DNA of 64,000 nt from Ostrea edulis (GCF_947568905.1 NC_079170.1:44082001-44146000), one strand, 5' to 3'; counted from the stretch's first letter, positions 28,053 through 40,969 are shown. Notes: generated by a model not told the origin, from the sequence alone. A program made the numbers and translations.

Positions 28053-28181
28053 AAATTAATAATGGAACACATACGTCAAACAGTGAACAAAAGATAAACA
28101 GCGAAACTGATGCCTGTCCAATTCACCTTGTCATCACAAACAATCCTACTTTATCCAACACTAATGCTTCATTACAGGAAG
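28053..28181 (+). CDS. Probable upstream coding exon of the otopetrin gene
   Basis: TTTACAG acceptor and GAAG|GTAACT donor; open frame (EINNGTHTSNSEQKINSETDACPIHLVITNNPTLSNTNASLQE) ends in phase 1, matching the phase-1 acceptor at 30158. The start exon was not located. Confidence 0.4.
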
Positions 28182-28729
28182 GTAACTTTACATTTTGTAG
28201 TTATCGGTATCTAGAGAAGTTGTGTTATACACGAGTCCGTTAGATAATATACAAACAATTATTAACTGCAAAGTAACAACCCAGCTTTATAACAAAGAGA
28301 ATAGATTATTCACTTTCATTGTCATCCCTCATATTCATATAGCAAACTTCCATCATCTAGATGTGGTTTTATATATTACTCTGACAGAATATGGGAAAAC
28401 ATGTTCTGCATATGATTAAGTTCTAAACAGAAACAGGTTATTAACAAATATATTGATGTTATATACTAATTATTTGGTTGTTCTTTACATACTGATTTTA
28501 TTAAGGCTTGTTCGATGAGGATATATGCTCCACGCCTGTTGTAACTGGTCAGCAAGAGATACTTAATTCTTCTAGGTATTTGGACCCTCCTTCGGTGTTC
28601 ATAAGGGGTCCGTATTTGTCTTACTTCCATGCATTCTATAGAGGATTGATGCGATGACTTGTAAGATGTGATTGATTTTATTTGTTTTACATCCCGTCAA
28701 CAATGTGCCTCTCATAGTGAGACGTCATC

Positions 28730-28975
28730 AGCTGTAGATGAAGTACCACAACTTTAGATATATGATTGCCGCTCAAGGCCGTAACAGTGTGGGTTCTTTA
28801 ATATGCAACTCTTGTGGAATCACGGTAAATGTACCATCGATGTAAGGTTATATCCAAAAGACCCGTTATTCTCGCTGGTAAAACCAAGCATTTGGTAAAG
28901 TGACAGTCGCGACCTTTGTTTACGTCTTAGGTTTGACGAGGCTGGCACGAGAGGGGTTCGAACACACACTCCTTT
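28730..28975 (-). mobile_element. Degenerate SINE copy (same superfamily as 44285-44581)
   Basis: GAGACGTCATCAG...GACCCGT...AAGCATTTGG...TTAGGTTTGACG...GGGGTTCGAAC colinear with the 44.3-kb copy. Confidence 0.55.
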
Positions 28976-30157
28976 GGTTACGAAACCAGTGATTCAGTTA
29001 TGAACCATCGCGTGAAATATAGAAGGTGCATGTAGTATGCGAATAAAAAGCATGCACTGTATCATATTTATTATGATCACAAATATGAGCTATCAACATT
29101 TGAGTTTATTTTTTGTTTCGATTATGACACAATGTGTTTGAATTCAAGAATAAGCATGCTATATTTTTGTTTATGTTCTATAGATCAGAAAGAAGTTTTA
29201 TACAACACAGCTCATACAAGAGGTAAACAAATATCAATTTTCCTTATTTCTAAATCCCTCTACACAAGTGTAACCACAAATTTCCTTCGCTTTGAAGAGG
29301 GTGGAATTCGAGGTCTTTAATTTACTCCGGAATAGATAAAATTAACATTGGTTAAAGTGTAAAGTTTAAAAGAAAGAAGTTTGATATAGTAATATAACAT
29401 TTACATTTACAATAAATGAACTTGACTATTTTTCTTCATTCAACAGCAATGAAATCCGATATATGACATGAATATGAAGAATGATCAGATGAAAACTATA
29501 TATCATAATTCATTGTATTAAGTGCAAGGTGAAGATAACGAACAGTGATCAATCTCATAACTCCTACAAGCAATACAAAATAAATATAAATATAACACAC
29601 AAAAAATTCCATTCCATCTCATTGTATGTATTCTATGTATTCTATTCCTAAAAAATGTCCTTCTTTACATGCAGATGTTTAAAACCATGTACAAACAACT
29701 GCATAATTTTATCAATGATTTACCTCGGGTTCTTTCGAACGTAGTGGAAGTATTTCCGTTAAAGCAGTAGATATTAAAACCGCAATGAAATACATAATCC
29801 ATACATTGTTTCTGTATAGGAAAGTCAGATAAAGAACTTTTATCTTAACGAAACCGTAAAAACAATGACTATTCACGAACACCTCTTATGAATTTTAATG
29901 AGTCCACAATATTTGAAATATATTTTACTGCATCTTTTTTCATAGGTGAAATTATCTATAGTATCATTAGCGTTTTATGATTTAAACAAAATGATCCCCA
30001 CCCTCTATGTTAAGAGCATTGATTTGGGGTTAACGGTTTTCCCTGCGAAATATTCGTACATTAAAATTTAATCAAATGAGTAGATAGAATGTTTCACTAT
30101 GCATTGAAAATTAATCAATATTTAAAAACTAACAACACTTTTTGTTTTTTATTTTAG

Positions 30158-31626
30158 GGACTGGTCCAATCTTATTATCCATAAGTCTATGCTTTGCTGC
30201 TATACCAGTCGTTATCTTTGGCGCAGAGTGGTCACATATTGCCTTCCAGGACAAAGTGGCAGTAGTGATTACCATGATAATATATTTCTCCATTGGAGCT
30301 TTGGCCGTTTTCCTCCTCTTCATATCCTTGTTAGTAAGCGCTTTGAATATCGCAACGCCACAAAATTGTGCTTTGGAGATATCTGATTTCTTGAAAGAGT
30401 TGAAGAAAAAGCAAGTCCCCAAAACAAATGCGGGGATGGTGATACAGTTTCTCTTATTTATTATTTTTGCTTGTGGATTCACTTTTAATACTTTTACGTA
30501 TGCTGAACATCTCCACGATGGTCGTGTTGACCAAACTCTTCTAACATTATATTTAGTTGTAAAAATTACATTTATATGGACCCAAGTGATCGTGCTTATA
30601 TTTCTACAATACTATGACAGACAGCTAACAAATGTAGGAAAGGTTCTACGGATGATCATAATTGTAACCAATGCTTGTAGTTGGATGAACGCTTATCTTT
30701 TCGAGTCATCGGAGATTTTTGAACATGGACAGAAATCCCCTAAAAACACCACGTCACTTTATAACGACACATACGAGAAATGTTTTGGAAATAGTCAAGA
30801 AATTCATGAAGTCATCTTTGCACCAGTTACTATTGAATATACGATGATGGCCATTGGATTTCTATTTCCAAGTGCATTGGAGGAGGTCAAATATAGAAGA
30901 AGTTGGAAAATGACTTTTTTCATAAGTGTCCTTTTAGTCATCTATGAAGCCGGTGTACTTGGATTTTCCTTACATGTCGTATTGACATGTACAGCGATTG
31001 ACAACTTGAATGAAATACCCGTTGAATTTACATTTTATGTGATTTTTGTTGCCATTTTATTTGCGGCTATGATAGGACTTCTTATCGCATGCATAGTTCT
31101 GAAACGATTGTTCAAAATAAAGACGACCACTGACCAACACTTGCACATGCAATCTTTCATATTGTTGGTAACATCATTCGGGAACAATTTGTATCACCTT
31201 CTAAATTCCATTGCAGTACTGGAACTTGAATCTATTTCTTTCACCAATAAAACCATTGCCTTTGGACAAAACATTCTTGGCCTCATTCTCGCCTTTGTAC
31301 AAACCTGGTTTCTTCTGGCAATCCGCAGATATGAAGTAACAAATGAAACAGGGAACCATAACAACGATAATAGACGTGCTTGCAATGCAAAGAATAGTCT
31401 TAAATATAGTTGCTTTGCGCTTGCAGTCATGAACTTTGGATTGTGGACTTACGGCAGCATTGCCGAAATTCGGGAACCCGTGTTTACATATTTACAGCAC
31501 CAATATTATACAGGTTCTTCGTGGAATGTAATTCTAAAACTGATATTCCCATTGACCATTTTCTATCGATTCCATTCATCAATGGATTTCTTGCAATTAT
31601 GGCTCTATTTTGCAAAGGACGTTTGA
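30158..31626 (+). CDS. OTOP: Otopetrin-family proton channel, main exon (about 12 TM)
   Basis: Long hydrophobic ORF with otopetrin-type motifs NACSWM, PVTIEY, NFGLWT and C-terminal FPLTIFYRFHS. The TTG start of the ORF track (30142) sits in a polypyrimidine tract; acceptor TTTTAG|GG at 30157/30158. Symbol is family-level only. Confidence 0.85.
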
Positions 31627-32081
31627 AAGATGTGATGGTTGTACGGACACCTTTAATAGAGACGTTTTCAATTTTATATGAGTAGATGGCGGTTGTTTCT
31701 GGACAAGTTAGATTTATTAGAAAAGCTTTACCATCACTGAAATATCAAATGAGTGTCTCAAGATCTTAACATTGATTTGATGATTTGCGTAATTTTTCGA
31801 TTTATATATAATTAAGCACTGGATGTTCATTTTCAATATATTTCATTGTATGCGTACCAATATGTCACATCTAAAAAATCTTTACTTACATCGACTGTAC
31901 ATGTATGTGTGAATATGATTTAGAAGTGATTTTTTTTTGTTTCTTGAAATCGTCAGTTTAGTTTATGCAGTTGAACAACGTCGCGTCCTCAATCACTTTA
32001 TATGTTGTGTGTGGTAAGGGCAACGGGAAAAGAAGATGGAATTTCATATAAAAAATTATGCAGACATCGTCATTCATGAAA

Positions 32082-32348
32082 AAGGTGAAGAAAACAAACA
32101 GTGGTCAATCTCATAATTCCTAAAAGAAATATAAAATTAAAAGTTTGCAAACACGAACCCCTAGACACACCAGAGGTGGGATCAGGTACCTTGGGGGGGG
32201 GGGGGGGGGGGGGGGGGGGGCAAGCATTACCAGTCGACCGGTAATACCCACCATGAACCCTATATCTAGATCAGATAAACGTAGTAATCCGTAATCAAAC
32301 TCGGTATGTAAAGAACAGCTTAACAATTGGTATGAAACACGCCAGATT
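32082..32348 (-). mobile_element. Penelope-like 3' end directly abutting the retrozyme repeat
   Basis: Runs from the last RT codons (GVFHTNC*, cf. 40140) to the terminus ...TTTTCTTCACCTTT; junction with the retrozyme unit at 32348/32349. Confidence 0.75.
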
Positions 32349-32438
32349 AATTTGGCTCCACTTTTTTGGCACGCTGTTTTTGGCTATAATTAGCTCCAAA
32401 ACTTCATAGTTATTTCGGATTTCAAACATTTCGGTTGA

Positions 32439-32482
32439 ACATCACTGAAGAGACATTATTTGTCGAAATGCGCATCTGGTGC
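32439..32482 (+). ncRNA. Minimal type I hammerhead ribozyme motif (copy A), core intact
   Basis: CATCA-CTGAAGA(32445)-GAC-ATTATTT-GTC-GAAA-TGCGCA-TC^(32476)-TGGTG; helix I CATCA/TGGTG, helix II GAC/GTC, helix III self-complementary ATGCGCAT, AUC triplet. Confidence 0.85.
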
Positions 32483-32790
32483 ATCAAAATTGGTACCGTA
32501 TAAGTTTTACATTATGACCCCTGGGTCGAGGCCTCTGCTGGTGGACTGTTAGTCTCCGAGGGTCTCTACAGCCCAGTAGCTAAGTACTTCGTTACTAGCT
32601 TGAAAATACGGATGTATATTTAATTGCTGGGATAAAATTTAGAAATTCATTTCAAAATTAAGGATTATCTCCCTCATGCATAGCTCTTATCCTTGGACAA
32701 ATTTGGCTCCACTTTTTTTGGCACGCTGTTTTTGGCTATATTTAGCTCCAAAACTTCATAGTTATTTCGGATTTCAAAGATTTCGGTTGA

Positions 32791-32834
32791 GCATCACTGA
32801 AGAGACATTATTTGTCGAAATGCGCATCTGGTGC
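32791..32834 (+). ncRNA. Minimal type I hammerhead ribozyme motif (copy B), core intact
   Basis: GCATCA-CTGAAGA(32797)-GAC-ATTATTT-GTC-GAAA-TGCGCA-TC^(32828)-TGGTGC; 6-bp helix I; cleavage site 352 nt after copy A. Confidence 0.88.
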
Positions 32835-33326
32835 ATCAAAATTGGTACCGTATAAGTTTTACATTAACTACTTATAAAAAATGGGATAGTGGGTCACCCA
32901 ATATATCTTTTTTGTCAGAACAAAATAATCAAAAATAATGGTCATTACCAGATAATGTGGGGAAAATGACCTCTGCTTCCCACTCATTTCACGTGCCTCA
33001 TACATGTTTTCTTAAGCATGTCGACAATATATAAGAAAGACACGTTCACAAGAAGCATTACTTCTTTCATTGGGATATAATGTGCATGTATGTAGTATAT
33101 ATACATATTCAAAGCCAATATTTTTTCCAGATATATTGTCATAAATGGACAAAATGCAACATGTGGCGAATGTATAGTTGAATACATTCATTTACTTTAT
33201 TCATAACTAAGAGGCAACTATCTGTCGGGATACATACTCCATATGCAAATGCGTCATTATCTGTTTATAGATCCGTCTATGTCTTAGTACCAGCATTTTC
33301 GTATATCAGGTATGCTACTTTATACA

Positions 33327-36300
33327 CTAATCGGAAGCATTGTTTTCTAGAAGAGACATCAGACGATCACCCAGAGGATCGTCTGCACGTTTTGTCTTTC
33401 TCTCATTAAGTATTGTCCTCGCCAGGGTCTTGTGGTCCGGATTAGGGGACTTTATAGCAGAATGGATTAACAGCTGTACGAATGTGTCCCTCTGTAAAAG
33501 ATTATTTACATGTAGATACACAATTAATGGTTGTACAAATCACTAGAAATGGTAATATGAAAGCAACACACTTCCATTTGAGAACATTACTGTCACTTTA
33601 TAGTTAAAATTCTCCTCTTTTTCTAATTAGTCTGTTCAGAAATAACTTGATCTTTTTTGTTTCTTCGTACCTGTGCAATACTTCCTCCAATTGTGTGTAG
33701 GGTAGTTCGAATTGAGTTGAGGCAATTAGTTGCTGTTTCATAATGTCCCTCCTCAAACGCCGTTATTCCAGCACATAGCGGAATACCAACATCACGTGTC
33801 ACTAGGGCGTTTGTTCCAGTGGTATCTCTAAATTGTAAATATGTATATTCACATATTCGCATGAACTAAAATGTACTGAATTGTCTCCAAAAAAAGAGCT
33901 TCAGTCTCGTCATTCAATTTAATGTTTTCATTTTCAAACACGTCTTCTGTTTCTTTAAATTCTACCCGGCACGGAAATTCTCTAGTCCATTTGACATTTC
34001 AACCGTTTTTGTTTATCTCTATTTCATAAGCCCTGATTTGTTTCTTCCCAACCTTTTACTTTTTTTTCTTTTGGGACATCTTTTCTTGAGGACGAGGGGT
34101 CATGTTTAAATATAGAGACATTCTCGCACATATGTCGTCACCGAAAAATGGCTGTTTATGACGTAATTTATTAATTTGATATACACTCTCTTATATTTGA
34201 TTCAAATAATCTGGGTTTTTTTTAAGTGAAAATAAATTAATCTAAAAACATAACTTTACACACATTAACATCGAGTGGATGTCGTAAAACATAACTTCCG
34301 ACCGCGCTTATTTATTAAAACTAAAAATAGAAATTGCGGTTCAAAATTGCTCGCGCACTCTAGTTATTCTCTTTTAGTTCAGAATAAAATATCTTATGGC
34401 TTAAAGTACAGTTTCTTGTTTATTTTTTCAACACGACCAGTCGGACTAGTAAATCGACATTTTACCTGACCGGACCTATCATTTAGTAGACTCGGTCGGT
34501 TAAACCCTGGCATATCAATTTGCGAGATTCCCCTAATTAGCCTAGATCTCTATACAGTGACACAGTGTATCGGTTGCATGACGTCACGGACACCATGATT
34601 TCTCAATGTCAATCAATGTCAATCCTAATGCTCAGAAATGTTTGACGATATTCGATACCCTGATCGACGGCGTGGCTTTAGCTTCACAATAGTCAACTTT
34701 CACAATAGTCAACTTTCACAATAGTCAACTTTCCATATTCTGTGTAGTACATGTATATTTCATCATCACCTGCATAATTATGGTGTTTAGGTTTTCCACC
34801 TGATTCGGTAGGCAGGCTATTTAAAGATAAGTTGATGTCACAGAGGTTTCTACAGTATCGTGTAAAGTCAGAATTTCGTTAAGTCTTGGTTGTTCAAGAA
34901 AAGTAAAATGGTATTGTACTAGCATATCACGATTCAACAATAATAACGTGGTTTTCTTTTCAAATATAGCTGCAAGCGCAAATTGATCTCATTTGTCAAG
35001 TTTTTACATGACCAAGATTGTTTACTATCCTTTCACATGTGTATCAGTAAACCATTCTTTAGAATATAACATACATTACTTATCACCTAATGATGAATCC
35101 GTACGAGTTCTGATATAATAAAAGTAAATCACGAATATAAAACGTAAGGATAACTGCTGATAGTCCAGTCACACCCCTTTACTTACTGATGCATACATGC
35201 ATAGCATCGCATATCACATGTTTTAGATTTCAACGTCCATGAAGAAAAGTTGAGAATTCATTCATGATGTTAAATTGAAATTAAGAAAAGCAAATGTTTT
35301 CCCGTGAAATTTTATACTCTCTATGTATTTCGAAAATTCCCTTTACTACTACATGCATTTTGTATCGTTATTCTGAGCCAGCACTTTTTAAACCCTTCAT
35401 AGCGAAGTTACATTATTTCCATAAATTTGTTTCGAAATACCCACTGAAGAAAGGAGAGCATTTATGTGGGGGTTTTTTCGTTAAGGGTTTAGTTAATTCT
35501 TTTTCTTTTCATCATGCGACGTTGGGGAATCTCCGGAACATCAGCAGTAATACTTCTTATTGATATTTATTAAATACTTTTTCAGAATTGTAAATTAGTA
35601 TTTATAAGTACCATGAAACATCTAACTTCCGCACTCATCCTAGTTACTTGTACACCCAGGTGCAAAATGGTGTAAGATAGTTTATCAACACAGCAGTATT
35701 CTTACTTGCAAGACAGTTTATCAACACAGCAGTATTCTTACTTGACGAAACTTTTCAACTTCTCCAGCATTTCACTTGCTCGCTCTTTTTCCCCATTTCG
35801 ATATAAAGTAAAGAGGATGTGTGCGTCAATATATATCCATCTGTGTTGTTCATAAAACTTGTCTACAAGTCCAAGGACACTTTTCCATCGCTGTGGAACT
35901 CGTACATCTATCAAACATAAAGTACCTTAAATCACATGCACCTAGTGTATCTGTTTAATGTGTACGACTACATACAATTACGTGCGTATGAAGCGGTAAA
36001 AAGAGAATGGAGAAATATAATTAAATTATTGATCTATGTTATAATTAATACCCCAACAGAGTTAGTGACATGTTTCAATAAATTGAATAGTCTGCAAAGA
36101 AACGCAAACTAAGGTACCAACCAACAAGCAAAATAAAATGAGTCGGTCATTTGAAACATCACACTAATAAACAAGAGGATATTGTCAATAAATTGTCAAC
36201 GAAACTTTTAATTGGAAGTAATACGCAAATGTCGATCATTTTAAAGATTACTTTCATTTCCAAGAGAGTTGTAAATTACCGTAAATTGGTTATGATAAAT

Positions 36301-39300
36301 GTGTACCTTCAAATGACAATCGATACAATAATGACGAAGCATCATTGAAATTTCCACCAGTGGCAGCTCGGGTTATTATCTGTAAAATCAAAGAGTTGAA
36401 CACAGATTTACGAGGACTCTCATAACGGATACAATATGTAGATTCAGCTATGTAATTAATGGGTTTCAATGTTAATTAATTCATGGTATATTGTTTAATG
36501 TTCCTTTCGAGAATCTTTCACACATATGGAGACGTCACCATTGCCTTTGAAGGGTTGCAAAATTTAGGCTTATGCTCAGCGCTTACGGCATTTGAGCAGA
36601 GAGGGATATTTATCGTACTACACCTGCTCTAATAAGGGACCTCAGTGTTTGCGGTCATATCCGAAGGACCGCTCCTTTTAGTCGCCTATTACGAGACTCA
36701 AGGAGTACTGAGGACCTATTCTAACCCGGCTCCCTATGGGATTGTTTTAAACTTTGAAGAGGACATTTTTCCACTTTATCTACTTATTAAAGGACATTAA
36801 TTTGAACGAATGAAAGTCATGAAATGTTCGGATAAGAAAACAAACTGAGACTGTATAAAATGAATTCAATGTAATACTAAGTATTTATATGATGAAGAAC
36901 TGTCACACCAGGTCTGATTTTTGCAATTCAACCAAGTGTCTGAGGTCTAGGGAGTACTGTCTGGTGTGGATAAATGATTTGCACTGAACTGTACTGATAA
37001 TCAGTAATGTTGAAATGATATGTATGCATATTTTTTATATCGTACAAGAAGAACAATTTTGTTTTGGTTTTTGTGTTTACTCCTACCCTCATCGTCGCTC
37101 CATTTAATTAACAGAACTTAAACATTATCATGATATATAGTTTACCTTTTCATCAAATATTTTGACTGCATCATCAAATTGTCCCTGAAATATCAAAAAT
37201 ATAAATATGCATACAAAAAATGCTAAACAAATCAAATCAAACATTATGTGGTTTTCTCTTGACTTGTAATCTTTGAAACAGAATGTACCTTTTCCAAAAG
37301 AAACAGAGCTTCGTGCCATGCTATGTGACAGGCCAGATTTGAAGACTAAAAAAGAAATACGTTTGACATTTCATTTTACTGGTGTATTTTATAATGACTC
37401 GTCAATTTTCATTTAGAATATATATAATTTGAGATTACTAGGTTCAATATTGTATCAAGCAGTGGTCTGCATTTATCTATTTCATTACACATACCTGCGG
37501 ACATAGAGTATAGAAATGTAAAGCAGGAGCATAAAAAACGTTCAAGACCACGAAATGCAGACTCTGACAAATCACCGCAGTTCCCAGAACCTGTTAAAGG
37601 AATGAAATCCACACATGCCATTAGTTGCTCCTTACCTCCCAATATTTAGCTTTACTTTGAAGAAATGCCAAACCAGCATCCAGCATGCCCCTTTCTAGAT
37701 GGATATGTGCCATCGTATGGATTGCAAATGTCTCCCCAGATGAAACTGCCAGGCTCTGTTCAACGAATTGCATCTCAGTGAATGATGCATTACCGGTATA
37801 TTGCCCAACATATATTGCATACATTGTACTTTAAATATCTTTAAGTCGCATTATACACATAGTGCAATAACAGAACCGTGATCTATGGACCTGATACCGA
37901 AAAATAAAAATATATCCGATGATTTGATTATGAACCCTATGGAGCAACACAAATAAAAATACATTAAAAAGTAAACGCAAAGATTTCTACATGAAAGTAA
38001 TTAAAATGTATCTCTTGTTTAGAGTAACACAAACCTTGTATGATTCTTGTTCGGCTTCCACGAGCTGTGAGTTTTCTTCGTGAGCAAAGGCTTTCCAGGC
38101 GAGGATGGTGCTATTGTACATAATGTCAATTATATATATATATATATATGCATTAATTCAAAATACAATTGGCCAATATATACAGATGTTTTTTTGAGAC
38201 ATTATCGCTGCAATCAAACAGTTACAAGTTTCAATTAATTGATGAAATGGCTCATGATGCAATGGAATCTTCAGATCCGAAGTAAAATGTTCGCGGATTA
38301 CCAAGCTGTTAAACTTTAGCTGGTATCTGACTTTATAAATGTATAGGTAGTGTTAATGTATTGATATGTTAGTATTAATATATTTCATAAAAAACAAACC
38401 CCAATTCCGAAAGAGAACAGTCTGATTAAAATCAAACCTCTCTCTTCGCTTGATATACCGTGTTCTAATCATGACCTATCTGCACATAAAATTGACTCAA
38501 GAATTCTTGATTTGTGTGATGGTGTCAACAGAACATAAGCAACACAAATCAATCATTACATAAAATCGATACATAATTATGTCTACTAACAATACAGATT
38601 TTAAAAAAAGTTTAATAGTAGTAATGAAAATAAATAATGACCTTTTTGCGCTTGATATACGAAAACACTCATGATATCAAATTTGAGAGTTTAAAAGGGC
38701 ATATTGCCAATTTGTATAATTTCTCATGATTTTAAAATGGTAGTTAAAATTGGGGGTGGAGATCAAAACTTAAATTATTGGTGAAAATACTGAATTTTAA
38801 TACAAATTTTCGAGTAAATTGATTTAGACTTTTTAAAGAATCGGTGTTCTGTTTTAAAACTATTTCAACCAAAATTGATAATTTACAATATTTGAAGTAG
38901 TTCCAAGCTTCAACAACTTGTATTATGAATTATAAAACTGAAATACACGTTTATGGTATGAAAATAGAAGGTGTACTGGATGAAACAGAAACTGTAATAT
39001 CATGCAGATTTAGAACTTTGTGATTAATCAATCCTTCCACCACAACATGAAGTCCCTGCCAAGCCCTTTTAAAATTTTAATTGATGCAAATAAATTAAAA
39101 TGAGTAAGGTTCAGGAATAGATGTATATGTTTGCACCAATGGGATCAGTATTGAACCAGTTAAAATTTAGTTGTAGCATTCTACGCAGTTGTGCTTAAAA
39201 TCTCAGGAACTAACTTCCTTAAAGTATTCAGTATTAAAATTCCATATAATAAAAACAATAATTGCTTGACCTTCAGAACAAAAGACTCGCCTGTATCCTG

Positions 39301-40969
39301 GTGTTTCTGAACTGTATGCCTCCACCACAAATTTCATCATGTCGAGCATTTCCTTAGACATCCCGAGTTCATAATATGTAAAGAAAGCAAACAGACACGC
39401 CATCAGGTCTGTTGGAGAATCGGTAAGGATATCTCTGTAAGTCTCCACAACTTGCAAAGTTTGTCTAGGAAAAAAAAGGAAATGTTTACCACATAGATTA
39501 AGCTTTTAATTCAATAAGTAACGAATGGTTATATGTTTATAATCCTAAAAACCCCTTATCTTCCTTCGTCCATACATATTCTAATCTTATACTATCAAAG
39601 GAATAAATTTTGTGATTCTCCGACTAAACGGTAGTACTTAGTTACTTCCCTGAGTTATCGAAATTTGTATCATTAACTTCTTAGATATACAATATCCTCG
39701 TAGTCTTTGGTGTTCAGGTCCTCGAACAGTCTGTTTGAATTTCCATGGGCACGAATTGTGTTCCTTTCTAGCTGACCTGTTTTTATATCGAAGACGTTTT
39801 ATCCATAAAAAAATTCATTCCTACATCAATTCGATATATTCCTGTGAACTCGCGATAAAAGACATCACTCGGGATTATTTCAACTTTTCAATCATCATCT
39901 TCTCATATTTATGTGGCAATATTCCAATATCACCTGCATATGGTGTTTATTTCTCTCAACGAATTCAATATGTAAGAGCTTATTCTGCTTATTATTAGTT
40001 TTTGAATTAAGGTAGACTACTAACAAACAAGTTTATGGTGCAGGGGTTTCAACAGTCTCGTTTAAAATCAGCATTTTGCCGATTATGTGGTCGTTATAAC
40101 GATCTAGTTTGCCAATACAGCCTTTCATTGGTTCAAGTGCTGTCTGTTTTATACCGATTGTTAGGTCGTTCGTGGCACAATGATTTTGACAACGGATAAC
40201 TCCATTTACCTGATAAAGATATAGGACTCTGGACGGGTGATACCGGTCAAAATCAAATGGGCGTTCATCTGCTTAATGTACATGCATTCATTGATACATA
40301 CATGCATCGAAAGAAAATTAGGGAGAAGGAGAAATGTAGGTTTGGCGAAAGGGGTTGAAGACTAAACCCAACCCCATCCACCCCCACCCCTGCCCCGGTT
40401 CTAAATCTTGCATAATGCACACAACAGAATAAAAATCTAATGTAGTGAAGCATTTCAAAACAGTATCGAATGGGTAGTACAGTGCAATCTTCAGTAGTTG
40501 TCGTCCGTATATCCTTTAGAATAACTAATTCAATTCCCCGCGCTTGCAAGGGTCCTCTTCTAGTTCTAATCAAGAGAATATGGACAAAAAAATTACAACC
40601 CACCCTTCTGTCACAAGTTTCAGGGCAGTCACGTGTTTCCGTTCTCTGTCTGTCACTTTCTGTTTCAGGGCTAGATTGGAGATCCCGTCCAGTGCCTTGG
40701 TTACAGCGTCCCTATCACTCTGAGAACCAGAATATTTCAGAGTATTCACCAAAACTTGACCCAAAACTTTAAAAGAAAAAACAACAACATGCTTTACCAC
40801 AAACGTATTACATTGGATTTGTGTAATTTTGGATTCCTTTCACGAATGAAAGTCCCCTAATTTGAAACCACTAGAATAAATTTTTCAGGGCGGTGTTGAT
40901 TACAGCTGTTAAACTACAGCTGCATGTAACTTAAGGGGTAAAAGGTCCATCAAAATACATAATATCATC

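Larger units (their letters stand above)
32349..32866 (+). mobile_element. Non-LTR retrozyme-like tandem repeat (~1.5 units of 352 bp, two hammerheads)
   Basis: Segment from 32349 (AATTTGGCTCCAC...) repeats from 32700 through the hammerhead to GTATAAGTTTTACATTA; one hammerhead per unit; no ORF. Confidence 0.8.

Noticed and set aside
39269-39271. GT donor for TTC38 exon 5 (GAAG|GTCAAG)
   Set aside because: It gives phase 1, whereas the next exon needs phase 2; the GC donor 20 nt upstream fits.
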